Shown: positions 24,774-36,139 of the stretch, one piece after another
How the letters are laid out: every line of letters begins with the position of its first letter
Numbering within the stretch: the stretch's first letter is position 1
Origin: Mustelus asterias
Lineage: Eukaryota
Reading direction: 5' to 3'
Length of the DNA stretch: 64,000 nt
NCBI RefSeq assembly: GCF_964213995.1
Contig: NC_135830.1
Location: forward strand, 8,246,001-8,310,000
Notes under the pieces: model-generated
The model's database searches: none
What the model saw: only the letters and a program-made list of their open reading frames with translations
What the model was told of the DNA's origin: nothing
Position numbers and translations under genes: made by a program

Positions 24774-25484
24774 GGGTCGCAGACTGTCTTAAATATATTA
24801 AGATTTCATGTTTTTGATCAACAAACATGTAATACTTCCTGGTCCAAAACAGCTCTGCCAGAATCAGTGGAGTTGAGATTTGTAGTTTTGCTTCCGAGTT
24901 GGAAATGTCACTTGTGCAACAGGTTAAGAACAAACACAGATAGTAAAGGACAGTGACAGGTTGCAGAGCGCTGCCGATAGAGATGGTGATACAAGGTATA
25001 ATCTGAGTAGTAATGGGTCAGATTTAACCGTTTGCATTGACAGAAATATCACTCATTTCGGGATAAAAATCTCGGGGTACACGACAAGACTCCTCTCACT
25101 GAATTTACCACTAAGCTATTTGATTTCGACTGATTGCAAACAGTTTTCATTGAGAAAGCAGTAATTGTGAGATTAACAAAGCGGGATGGAGAAAGAGTCA
25201 GTTTGATTGGTGACACTGCCGGAGGAATGGAGAGCTGGATTTCACCCAGGAAAGCAGCAAAGTCTAAAAATAATGAGAAGCAACCAATGGTACACTGGTC
25301 CATCATTCCATGTGTCAGTCAATCCATCCTGTTGTGCTGTCTATCACAGATCTTCCATTTAATCTCTTTACTGAGTGTTACCCGTCTTTAACGCTGCAAT
25401 GACTCAACAGCTCAATTAATGTTTCGTGAGAAACAGGAATCATTTTGAAATGTGAATGATTTTGAAAAAAAACACATTTGGAAA

Positions 25485-25557
25485 CTTTTCTGCCCGGTCT
25501 CAAACCGGGGAACTCTCGCGCGTGAGGTAAATATGATAACTACTACACTACAGAAAC
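25485..25557 (-). pseudogene. tRNA-Val(CAC) pseudogene
   Basis: Minus strand GTTTCTGTAGTGTAGTAGTTATCA...CCT-CAC-GCGCGA...CCCCGGTTTGAGACCGGGCAGAAA. Confidence 0.8.
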
Positions 25558-26434
25558 ATCACGTGCGCTTGAAGCAGTTCTGGTTCACTGGGGGAACAAC
25601 TAACCTCGTCCGACAAGCCTGTCAGTTGCTCACTTTACATTCCGTCTGCTGGTTCCTCTAATCAAAATGAATGATGATACAACCTACTGCATTCACTTTT
25701 AGGAATCACATGTTTGACTGAAGGTGTTCATAACGTTTATAGCAATTTAAGTGAAAATCTGACAGTGGGGGGATTTGATCTCACTCCTCCATAAATATGA
25801 CTATATTAAATTTGTGTGTTAGACTTCCCTGCAAGGACACCAACAGAAGTAACTGCTATCAAAGCTGGTATTGGCAGTGAACAGAATCAATGGAGTTGAA
25901 TTAAATCACATGTCCCATTGAGTCTCCTCCGCCATTTAAAACCAGGGCGGATCCCCAGCTCAACAATTCAATGAAACTTGGTTCCACCCAGACAGAGAGA
26001 GGATAAAAGGAACAAAAACAAAAGAAAGGAATGGATAGTTAGACTGAGACAGGGAAGGACTGAGGCAGATCTACAGAGAGAAAAAAAGATAGAGCCAGAG
26101 TGGAGTAGATCCTGAATGGAAGAGATACACTCTACTATTCCATATGATTTCAAGAAGAAAATATTGAATGCATTGGTAAGAGCAAATGCTACAGCCCTGA
26201 AAAATATTCTGACAATGGTGCTGAAGAATTGCGCTTCAGAACTTGCCACAACCTTACCTAAGCTGTTCCGCAGGCACAGCACTGGCATCTCACCGCCAAT
26301 GATACAATTTTTCCAAGATTGTCCGGTTTACAAAATTCAGGTCAAATCCAACGCCGCCAATTACCACCATTCTACTCTTGATCAACAGTAACGTGACGGA
26401 AGGGCAATAACCAATGGTATCGGGAGGCATTCCA

Positions 26435-27040
26435 ATGCAAACTGGAGGAACATCGCCCGAAACCCCGATTCGGCATTTACTGCGTTCATGACTTAACATT
26501 GAGTTCAACAACTTCAGAGCATCTCCTCTCCTCGATCTTCACCCCATTTCCATTTATTTTGTTTTATTTCATTTTATCTTATTTATTTTTGTTATTTTAT
26601 GTCTTATTTTATATATATATATATTTATGTTTTAATTTCCATGTTTTGCATTGTGTATTTAAAATCTCACTTTCCATCTTGTTGCCCCTTCTCCCTCCAC
26701 CCTACTCGGGCCGTCTCTTACATTTTCTTCGTCCTGCCATTTACACATTCTGATCTCTTAATGGGCAGCCAGCAGCACCGTTCTTTGCGATGATCACTAC
26801 CATTTAAATTCTCTTTTTTATTTATATGTGACACCTTTGTCACCCATCCCACACCCATATCCCTCACCATTACAGTATCAATCTCGTACAAATTTCTTTG
26901 TCTTCAGCTCTGACGAAGGGTCATCCAGACTTTGAACGTTCGCTCTATTTCCTATTCACAGGTGCTTTCAGACCTATTGAGATTTTCCAGCATTTTCTGT
27001 TTTTGTTTCAGATTCCAGCATCCGCAGTAAATTTGTTTCT
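26435..27040 (+). mobile_element. Penelope-like element 3' end (GIY-YIG C-terminus remnant plus terminal repeat)
   Basis: Degenerate KLEE...LNIEFNNFR coding remnant; CTGACGAAGGGTC..GAC..GAACGTT hammerhead-like motif at about 26910. Confidence 0.65.
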
Positions 27041-27155
27041 ATCAAGAGGCATTTGTCAGACTGACTTGTCCCTGGTTTACGAAAAATTAATGTGAAATAG
27101 AAACAAAGCGCCAAGTTAGCATGGACATGTTAGTTTAAAATCCTTACCGGCAGTT

Positions 27156-27222
27156 TCCCTGGTGGCCTACTAGTTAGGATTCGATACTTTCATCGCTAGA
27201 GGTTCGATTCCCGGGCAGGGAG
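27156..27222 (+). pseudogene. tRNA-Glu(TTC) pseudogene
   Basis: TCCCTGGTGGCCTA...AGGATTCG..CT-TTC-A...GGTTCGATTCCCGGGCAGGGA with an internal deletion. Confidence 0.78.
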
Positions 27223-27426
27223 TGGAAGTTTATTGTTTTCTTGCAGCACATGGTTTAAGTGGAGTTGGAATTACTTCCTGATCCAAAACCTGAGTGATAT
27301 TGGTGCCAGTTTCAACAACGGAGAGAAAAACCCATACCTTCCCATAATCCCGTCAATTACCCACAGCAATTAAAATTTGCATTGCCTCTTGGTTCATCCA
27401 GTTAAAATGAATAATGATATATTCTC

Positions 27427-27738
27427 ATAGAATCCCTACAGTACAGAAGGAGGCCGTTCGGCCTATCGAGTCCGCACCGACCACATTCCCCCCACGCCCC
27501 ATTCCCGTAAACCCACATATTTACCCTGCTAAACCCGCTGACATTAGGGTCAATTTAGCATGGCCAATCAACCCAATCCACACACATCTTTGGAAAGGAA
27601 ACCGGAGCACCCGGAGGAAACCCGCGCAGACACGGGGAGAGCATGAAAACTCCGCACAGACAGTGACGCGAGAAATTTAACCTTGTATCCCTGGCGCTGT
27701 GAGGCATCAGTGCTAACCACTGTGCCACCGTGCCACCC
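27427..27738 (-). mobile_element. HE1 SINE, full length
   Basis: Minus strand GGTGGCACGGTGGCACAGTGGTTAGCACTG...V-domain...GTAGGGATTCTATG. Confidence 0.88.
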
Positions 27739-28446
27739 ATTCTACTGCATTCAATGTTGCTGCAGCTCACTGCATTCAAAGAGCAGTGTTGGTATCAAGC
27801 TGTGATAAACCATCTTGTGGTAATTCTGCTGAACAACATTAACTTATCACCGTCAATGGACGGTGGGTTCCAGCCCCAAGTTGGGTGCCATTGTTTTTAA
27901 ACTCTGCTGCTTTTCTGGGTGAACACCAGCTCTCTATTCCTCCGGCAGCGTCACCGCTCAAACTGAGTCTTTCTCCATTCCGCGCTGTGAATCTCACAGT
28001 TACTGCTTTCTGAGTGAAAACTGCCTCCACTTCAAAGAACAAAGAACAAAGAACAGTACAGCACAGGAAACAGGCCCTTCGGCCCTCCAAGCCTGTGCCG
28101 CTCCTTGGTCCAACTGGACCAATCGTTTGTATCCCTGGAGGTCGGAGAGTTTACTGTGTAATTCAATGAAAGGTTTTCTTGTCATTGAGCCTGAGATTTG
28201 GACCTAGACCTGCGAGATATTTGTGTCAGTAGAAACAATAAAACTTACCCCATTAACAGCTAGATTTTACCCCGCATCACCATTTCTATCGTCAGCGCTT
28301 TCCAGCCGATCGCTCTCTTTTTTAAATCTTTTCACGTGACATTTCCAATTCCGACGCCAAAGAGGAAATCTCCCTGATACTGATTCCGACATAACGAGTG
28401 GTAATCATGAAGTAACTCGGTGTTTTTACACAGCAATAAAGAAAAA

Positions 28447-28518
28447 TTCCCTGACCGGGAATCGAACCCGGGCAGCGGCGGCGAAAGCGCCGAATCCAAG
28501 CCACTAAACCATCAGGGA
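28447..28518 (-). tRNA. tRNA-Glu(TTC), slightly diverged
   Basis: Minus strand TCCCTGATGGTTTAGTGGCTTGGATTCGGCGCT-TTC-GCCGCCGCTGCCCGGGTTCGATTCCCGGTCAGGGAA followed by TTTTT. Confidence 0.88.
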
Positions 28519-29873
28519 AGTTGAGGCAAGCTCTTTAAAAAAATGATTTATGCATGAGCCTTTAATTTTTATTTCAGACGTTTTATTCACCAAAAACAAG
28601 TTTCTATTTTAAATTGTCATGTTTAGATCGAACGCAAGTGACTGCATCAGCCAATGAAAACAGCGATTCCTGTTCGCTGGAACATGAAATCGACAGTGAG
28701 GTGAAATAGTCCCGCAAGCTGCTCATGTGACACTTTCAATTTCCAAAACCCACCAAACCCATCACTGTGGCTTTTGTGAAATTTACAAAGTAACACACGG
28801 CAGGCATTCATCACGGATGGCAACTGGCACAACTCATTTACGAAACATTATCCTATCGCTTCTCTTCCTGTTTCTGTCGCTGACTGTCATCCAGCTCCCT
28901 CTGGTTGTCCATCTCCCAGTGTCAATTCGCTGCTTGATACAGACACAGAGAGTTGGTGAACCCGAAAGCAGGGAACCAGGAAAGCAGGGAAAGCGAATGT
29001 ATGACACACAGCATTGAGAAGAGATGGAGTTTAGAGATAACAGTACAAAGAGACAAAGAGATCTCATCTTCCTGATCCAGTTATTGATTACAGGAATGTA
29101 CAGAGTGCCAATTATCCACTGTCACGCTCTCCTTCCAGCCTTGAGCATGGAGTTAAGTTCTGAAGTGTTTGAAGGCTTGCTGCAGTTATTCAGGGTTTTG
29201 TTGAGACTACATTTGGAATAGTGTGTGCAGTTTGGATCTCCACATTTTAGACAGAATAAAAGCAAAATAATGAGGATGCTGGAATCTGAATCAAAAACAG
29301 AAAATGCTGGAAAATCTCACAGGTTTAACGAGAAAGGATAGATAGCATTGAAAAACTGCAGGGATTCTATGATTCTATGGGTTTGATAGCGTTGAGGCTG
29401 AGACATTATTTTCCCTGATCCGGGAATATAAAACAATCTCAGGATAAGGCGCTGATGATTTTGGACTGAGGTGAGAAGAAATTGATTCACTCAAAGGGCA
29501 GTGAATCTTCGGAATTCTCTACGCCAGAGGATTGTAGATGCTCCATCATTGAACAGATTTCAGCCTGGGGTTTGACAGGTTTATGATCTATCCAGGAATG
29601 AATGGAAGCAGGGATATGGAATTGGAGCAAATGCTCATCCACGAGTTTATGTTTCGATTGTAATCTTTTAAGTTTAATGGTATAATGGAAAGATGTAGAT
29701 GATGTTATATGTAATATGTTTGAAGTCAATCGGCATTAAATAATGTTGGTAATACCAGATAACAGTACAGCAGGTAACAATTGAGAGCTATTTTTTATTG
29801 ACGCCCACGGACCCACTGCCAACCCACAACTGTTTACCTATGAATGCTGATGGCGAGAAAATAGTGAAACCGC

Positions 29874-29947
29874 CGTCCCTGGGTGGTCTTGAACCACCAA
29901 GCTTTCAGTTAATAGCTGAACGCGCTAACCAATTGCGCCACAGAGAC
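29874..29947 (-). tRNA. tRNA-Asn body with ATT anticodon
   Basis: Minus strand GTCTCTGTGGCGCAATTGGTTAGCGCGTTCAGCT-ATT-AACTGAAAGCTTGGTGGTTCAAGACCACCCAGGGACG. Confidence 0.88.
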
Positions 29948-30883
29948 TGAGATAACAAATGCGACAGATATTCTAAACTGGAGTGTCAATGGCCACAATT
30001 CTATTTCTGCACAATTTGTTCCAGAACTGCAGCATGACCGCACCGTGTACAATTTTATACTGGTTTCTTTGGTTACGTTGATCCCGGAGCACTGCAGTAG
30101 TGTGTTGGTTATTCCCTTTCTCCTATGAATGTGCAGGTAAAATGAATCCATGTGCCTTAGCACAGGGAGGAATTCAATGGGAGGGAACGGAACTGACCAC
30201 CAGAAGACCGAGGATCCAATATTTTCCATTCAGTCATCAATAACACCATTCCCAGCTGCACCCCCTTCCAAATATTGCGATCCATTTCCCTCAGGATCTG
30301 TCCAAAGATTTAATATTTTCCTTCTTTTCCCCTCATTTTGAACTGAGATTCGCTTCAATACCCAACAGAAATTGAATTGCAAACCTGAGGGCTAACCGTG
30401 GGAAACAGGTCTCTGGGTAAAACAAATGTTCATTTTCAGATTCACAGCACTCAGCTTTTCACTCAGATGAAGGAATTGATCACTGAAAAGCTTTGGAAAC
30501 TTGGTGTGAATATTGATTGTGACTCACTCTGGTATTGTGTAAATGCTACTCGAAGGTTCAATGAGCGGGATATAATCTATGTAAGTTTTGCTGAGCTTGT
30601 GTTCGGTGTACTGGGAGGTTGTTTGAACCGGGTTGAATTTTGTGTCAGGAATGTGCAAGAACCCGCTGATTGAAGCTGCAGCCGCCGCTTTTTGCCGGCA
30701 GCGGCAGTGGGTGATTGGAGAATGTGGGCTAAAATCCTGCTGCGTTTCCCTGTCTCACTCACGCGGAAGAGAGAATCATTGATGGAGTTACTTCCCCGAC
30801 TGAAATGTTGCTTTGCGTGACTGTTAACGGAGGTAACTCCGCAGGAGCTATTAGTAATCTGATGCAAAGTAACATGGAGTAGT

Positions 30884-30978
30884 ACTCCAATGGCGCAATC
30901 GGTTAGCACGTGGTACTTATGCAAAAGTGTTGCCAGCAGGCTATGCCGAGGTTGTGAGTTTGAGGCTCACTTGGAACA
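30884..30978 (+). pseudogene. Intron-containing tRNA-Ile(TAT), degenerate
   Basis: CTCCAATGGCGCAATCGGTTAGC..GTGGTACT-TAT-G, then a roughly 21-nt intron at 30922-30942, then ATGCCGAGGTTGTGAGTT. Confidence 0.82.
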
Positions 30979-30994
30979 GATGTGTTAGGTGAGG

Positions 30995-31275
30995 CGATGG
31001 GGTGCTAGTATTCTCGCTCGATCTGGTAACAGTCTGGAAACCACCGTGGCAGCTTTTGGAATTTGAATACAATAAAGAAGATTGGAATTAAGAATCCACT
31101 AATGACCATGAAGCCACTGTCCATTGACCCATGATTCACTCATGTCCTTCAGGGAATGTTCTTCGCTGATCTGGCCTACACGTGACTCCAGAGCCACAGC
31201 AGAGTTGTTGCCCCTCAACTAGGGATGGCCAATAAATGCGGGTCAGCGACGCTTATGTTCTACGAACGAACGATA
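30995..31275 (+). mobile_element. SacSINE1-like SINE
   Basis: CCACCGTGGCAGC...AATGACCATGAA...GTGACTCCAGAGCCACAGC...AATAAATGC. Confidence 0.65.
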
Positions 31276-31885
31276 AAGCCAGAACGTGCAGGTTTGAGAG
31301 AAGCTTTCTAAACCGTCAGAGATGGAAACGGGAGTAAGTGAAAAATATTGGGTTTGAGTGTGCGCAGAGAGATGGGGAAGTGTAAAATACTGTTTTCAGT
31401 TAATTTTCAACAATACATTATAGATTTTCACTCTGAGTTTAAAACAACGTAGAGATGCATTTGCAGTCGCGACTTTCTACTGTCAGCGGGTGATTGGAGA
31501 CTGCGGCAAGAAATCCTGTTGCTTTTCCCTGTCTCACTCACTGTGGAGCCGGAGAAGAGAGAATCATTGTTGGGTTTGTTTCCCCGTCTGCAATGTGGCT
31601 TCGAGTGACTGTTATTAACGGAACACGCGCTGTCGGAGCCTTTAATAATCTGACACAAATCAATGGCATTCAGCCGGAATCTGCAGGTTTGCGGGAAGCT
31701 TTCTGAACCATCAGAGCTGGAAACGAGAGTCAATGAAAAATGTTCTGTCGGGTGTGACTGTGTACCGAACTGTCAAGGGGAAGGGTAAATGTAACACAGT
31801 GTCAGATACAGTATTCAGTTAATATTCAACAACAAACGCGGATTATTGTTATTTTCCTCACTTTGAGGTTGAAAGTATGTATAAA

Positions 31886-31954
31886 TGTTTCTGCCCGTTG
31901 TCAAACCGGGAATATTTTGTGAGGTGAATGTGGCAATCACTACACTACGGAAAC
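31886..31954 (-). pseudogene. tRNA-Val(CAC) pseudogene
   Basis: Minus strand GTTTCCGTAGTGTAGTG...ATTCACCT-CAC-A...CGGGCAGAAACA. Confidence 0.72.
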
Positions 31955-31964
31955 AATGCGGCCC

Positions 31965-33976
31965 CTCCACCCTGGAAGCTTTGAATGAATCTGTACCAGA
32001 GGTCACCATTGCAGATGTCAGAACAACTTTCTGAAAGGTCAACCCACGGAAAGCAACAGGCCCGGATGGGGTACACGGACGAGCACTCAGATTCAGCGCG
32101 GATCAGGAGGTGAGGGGATTCACAGACATCTTCAATCTCCCTTTACAACAATTTGGGGTCCCTATCGACAGTCATCCCAGTACCAAAGAAAAGCCAAGCA
32201 GCGTACCTCAATGAATACCGTCCGGTGGCCCTGACATCCAGTGCTTTGAAAGGCTACTAAAAGAACAAAGAACAATACAGCACAGGAACGGCCCTTCGGC
32301 CCTCCAAGCCCGCGCCGCTCCCTGGTCCAAACTAGACCATTCTTTTGTATCCCTCCATTCCCACTCTGTTCATGTGGCTATCTGGATAAGTCTTAAACGT
32401 TCCCAGTGTGTCCGCCTCCACCACCTTGCCCGGCAGCACATTCCAGGCGCCCACCACCCTCTGTGTAAAATATGTCCTTCTGATATCCGTGTTAAACCTC
32501 CCCCGCACCCCCCCCCCCCCCACCCCTCACCATGAACCTATCACCCCTCGTGAACGTCACCACCGACCTGGGAAAAAGCTTCCCACCGTTCACCCTATCT
32601 ATGCCTTTCATAATTTTATGCACCTCTATTAGGTCTCCCCTCATCCTCCGTCTTTCCACACGTGGCACGAATCAATTGCAGTGTCCAGGACTGCCTGGAT
32701 CCACTGCATTTCGCTACCGCCGCGACAGGTCCACAGCAGGCGCCATCTCCCTGGCCCTACACTCAACCCTGGAAAGCTATATGACAAAGACACTTATTTC
32801 AGACTCCTATTTATTGACTACAGCTCAGCATTCAGCATCATTATTCCTACGAACTTCATCTCCAAACTCCGTGGCCTGGGGCCCGACCCCTCCCTTTGCA
32901 ACTGAATCCTGAACTTCCTAACCCGCAGACCACAATCAGTAAATATTGGCAACAACACCTCCTCCACGATCGTCCTCAACATCGGTGCCTCACAAATCTG
33001 AGTGCTCTGTCCTCAGCACCTTACCCTACTCCTTGTGCACCTGTGTGGCTAAATTCCCCTCCAACTCGATTTTGAAGTTTTGAAGCATCACCGTAGTGGG
33101 TCGGAACACAAACAATGGCGAGGCGGAGCACAGGCAAGAGATAGAGAATCTGGCGAACGTTTGCGGCGACAATAATCTCTCCCTCAATGTCAACAAAACA
33201 AAAGAGATTGTCATCGACTTCAGGAAGCATCGTGGAGAACATACCGTTGTCTACTTCAATTGGCGATGAAGTAGAAATGGTCGAGAGCTTCAAGTTTTTT
33301 GGTGTCCAGATCACCAAAAACCTGTCCTCGCGTACCCTCCACCCAGTCCCGCCGCCCCCCCTCCCCCCCCCCCGCCCCCTGCCCTCCACTCCCAATACCG
33401 ACATCTGGTTAAAAAAGCCCACAAACGCCTGTAAATTCTCAGAAATCGAAGGAAATTTGGCATGTCCGCTACGACTCTCACCCATTTTTACAGATGCACC
33501 ATAAAAAACATTATTTCTGATTGTACCATAGTTTGCTATGGTTCCTGCTTTGTCTAAGACCGCAAGAAACTACAAAGCCCACTCCATCACGCTAACCAGC
33601 CTCCCACCCATTGACACTGTTGACACTTCCCGCTACCTCGGCAAAGCAGTCAGCATAATTAATGACCCCATGCACCCCAGAAATGATCTCTTGCCCCTTC
33701 TTCAGTCGGGAAAAATATTCAAATGTCTGAGGACACGTACCAAACGATTCAAGAACAGCTTCTTCCCTGCTGCTATCAGACTTTTCAATGGACCAATCTC
33801 GCACTAAGTTGATCCTTCTCTACACCCTAGCTATGATTGTAACACTGCATTCTGTACTCTCATTTCTTTCTCTATGAACAGTATTCCTTGTCTATATAGC
33901 GCATAACAAATACTAATTTTCCACTGTATGCCAATACATGTGACAATAATAAATCAAATCAAATCAAATCAAATCA
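31965..33976 (+). mobile_element. Rex1/Babar-type LINE, 3' 2 kb, with a nested CR1 tail
   Basis: [26 protein letters not shown] and RFKNSFFPAAIR motifs; ends AATAAATC(AAATC)n. Confidence 0.85.
32262..32658 (-). mobile_element. Young CR1 tail nested in Rex1 (near identical to the copy at 300-697)
   Basis: RFNTDIRRTYFTQRVVGAWN shared with ORF 12..698. Confidence 0.9.
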
Positions 33977-34598
33977 AGCACCCACAGAAACATAGTGAAT
34001 GTTGAGAAGTTCTTTGTTTTAACACAGCGTGTCACTGAATGGGACTCTGAATGACGGTAACTGGCAACATCCCATAATAGTCTGATTAGTCAGAATGTCA
34101 ATCACCAGTCTCGCTCAGAATGAGGAGAAAGTGAAGCTCCCCTCTCTATTCCCCTTCCCCATCATTGACAGTCCTGGCCTCTGCAGCAAATTCCCGTCTG
34201 CAAATAAAACCCTGATTGATCCATCTTCATTATTACGAACAAAAGCCTGTTTGCAGCTGAAGCTCTGATATTGTGTGATTATATTTTTTTCTAACCAAAT
34301 GCCATGTTTTACCAATTTATTAATAATGCGTGTTAGTTAATTGACTGTTCTTTTGTTCACAGCCGTTCAGTGTGACGATCAAAGCTCCCATCCTGAGCAG
34401 ATGCTGTCTCGGGAAAGGGAATCGCTTGAACTGAACTGTCGGATCCCCGATGGTTCTGGTATCTGTTGGGTGAATGTTTGATCCGATGTTATTCTGGTTT
34501 CCTCTCGCTCTATTTGAACAGCTGACAGCGCCGTTGTTCATTGTGACTACCTGCCCGCGATTCTAAACAACCCGCAGCAGACAGGAGCACCTATCTAG

Positions 34599-34637
34599 AG
34601 TTTTCCTACGGCTGTGGGAATGTTTTCTATCACTGTG
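34599..34637 (-). other. 23-RSS
   Basis: Perfect heptamer CACAGTG + 23 nt + AGGAAAACT. Confidence 0.85.
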
Positions 34638-35367
34638 AGACTGAAAGCGCAGTAATACGCAGCAGAGTCAGTCCACTACAGACCCAATGTATTTAAACTA
34701 GTCACTTTTTTCCCACTCTGGAGTTGCTGCAAAATCTGCTTTATCCTCAGTATCCCAGGAGCTTTTACTCACGATAAATTCCGTTTGTAGATCTGGGAGC
34801 TGTCGATACCAATCTAACTAAAGTTTAGATTTATTTATTTGTCAGAAGTAATGTTTGCATTAACACTGAAATGAAGTTACTGTGGAATCCCCTCGGTCGC
34901 CACACTCCGGCGGCTGTTCGGGTCAATGCACCTAACCAGGACGTCTTTCAGAATGTGGGAGGAAACCACAGCACGCAGATGAAACCCACGCAGACACGGG
35001 GAGAACGTGCAAACTCCACACAGACAGTGACCCAAGCCAGGAATCAAACCCGCGTCCCTGGTCCTGTGAAGCACTGTGCTACCCTGCCGCCAGTGCCAGC
35101 AATAATAGTTGCTGGCTGTGGCATCAAAGGTGCAGGTCATTGTCACCGCTTCTCCTTGTGCCTTAACATCTGAGGAGCGTCGCTGAGTCACAGAATCTTA
35201 GTTAGATCTGGAAAGAGAAGAAATATAATCACATCTGAACAGTTCAGGCTATAGGGTGCTAAGATTTGAACCGTGCTTGATAAATGCGAGAAAAGATTAA
35301 ATGTATTTAATCTCCAAGCACCTGCTCGGAATGATCCGCACACAACCCAGATGCTGAGCAGCCGCAT
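34638..35367 (-). pseudogene. TCR delta-type V segment 3 (pseudogene, split by a SINE)
   Basis: Leader 35367-35322 MRLLSIWVVCGSFRA|gt. Exon from 35207: DSVTQ...GEAVTMTCTFDATASNYY, then the SINE, then LDWYRQLPD..EFI...EDKADFA..LQSGKKVTSL...DSAAYYCAF, with frameshifts and a stop. Confidence 0.88.
34820..35091 (-). mobile_element. HE1-like SINE inserted at the CDR1/FR2 boundary of V segment 3
   Basis: Minus strand GGCGGCAGGGTAGCACAGTG...GGTCACTGTCTGTGTGGAGTTTGCACG...CAGTAACTTCA...AATAAATAAA. Confidence 0.85.
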
Positions 35368-36139
35368 TGTCGCTTTCCTCTGTGTAAAAGTGAGTTGGGT
35401 ATTTGACGGTATCTGTTCTACATCCCACTCCCAATAATCTGTTGTTGCCTCAAAGTGTCTTCACCTCACTTCTTGTATCGCTGGGGACGCTGTGAACCCA
35501 GTGGATGGTGAGCTGGTGATTCGCAAATGGAATCACCCCGAGCTGGGTGACTCATTCTCAGATTTTGGTTCCAGAATTCACGAGCAGAGCGAGTGTCACT
35601 GTCTGGTTATACTGACCCCGGATATCGATCTTTTGGTTTTATTCCATTCGTACTTTCGAATTCCCATTGTCTCATTTGCAGGTAACGGCGACTCCCACTC
35701 AGGGGTTTTGTTTTTCTTCACACTTTCAAAGGATTTCACAATCGCGGCCGATGCTATTATGTGTCGTTCATCCCTAATAGACCCAAGGGATTTGGTTGAC
35801 ATTTTGCTGGTGCTCGTGCTGAAGGCTCCCAACATAAAGGCTGCTCATTCACTATTAGAGCTACCCAAAGCTAACATAAAGTATATGAAGGACGAGGGCG
35901 CCAAGGGTGTTTTGAAAGGAACAATGCGGTCCAGTTAAAAAGAAATGGCAACAGTTATTCAGTAAAATGAGGCGTTACTGACCAATTTATGCAGTCTGGG
36001 ATGCGTCGAGCAGCAGATGGGGTCAGACAAAATGTGGTGTGTCGTTCAGGACAAAAATAAATAAAACATCTTGTTAACGTTCATGTTAGCTTAAACGTTC
36101 ATCATCGATTTCAAAATAGAACACAGTATACATGTGAAA

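Noticed and set aside
35492-35938. 148-aa ORF upstream of V segment 3
   Set aside because: GTG start, no recognisable domain or splice context
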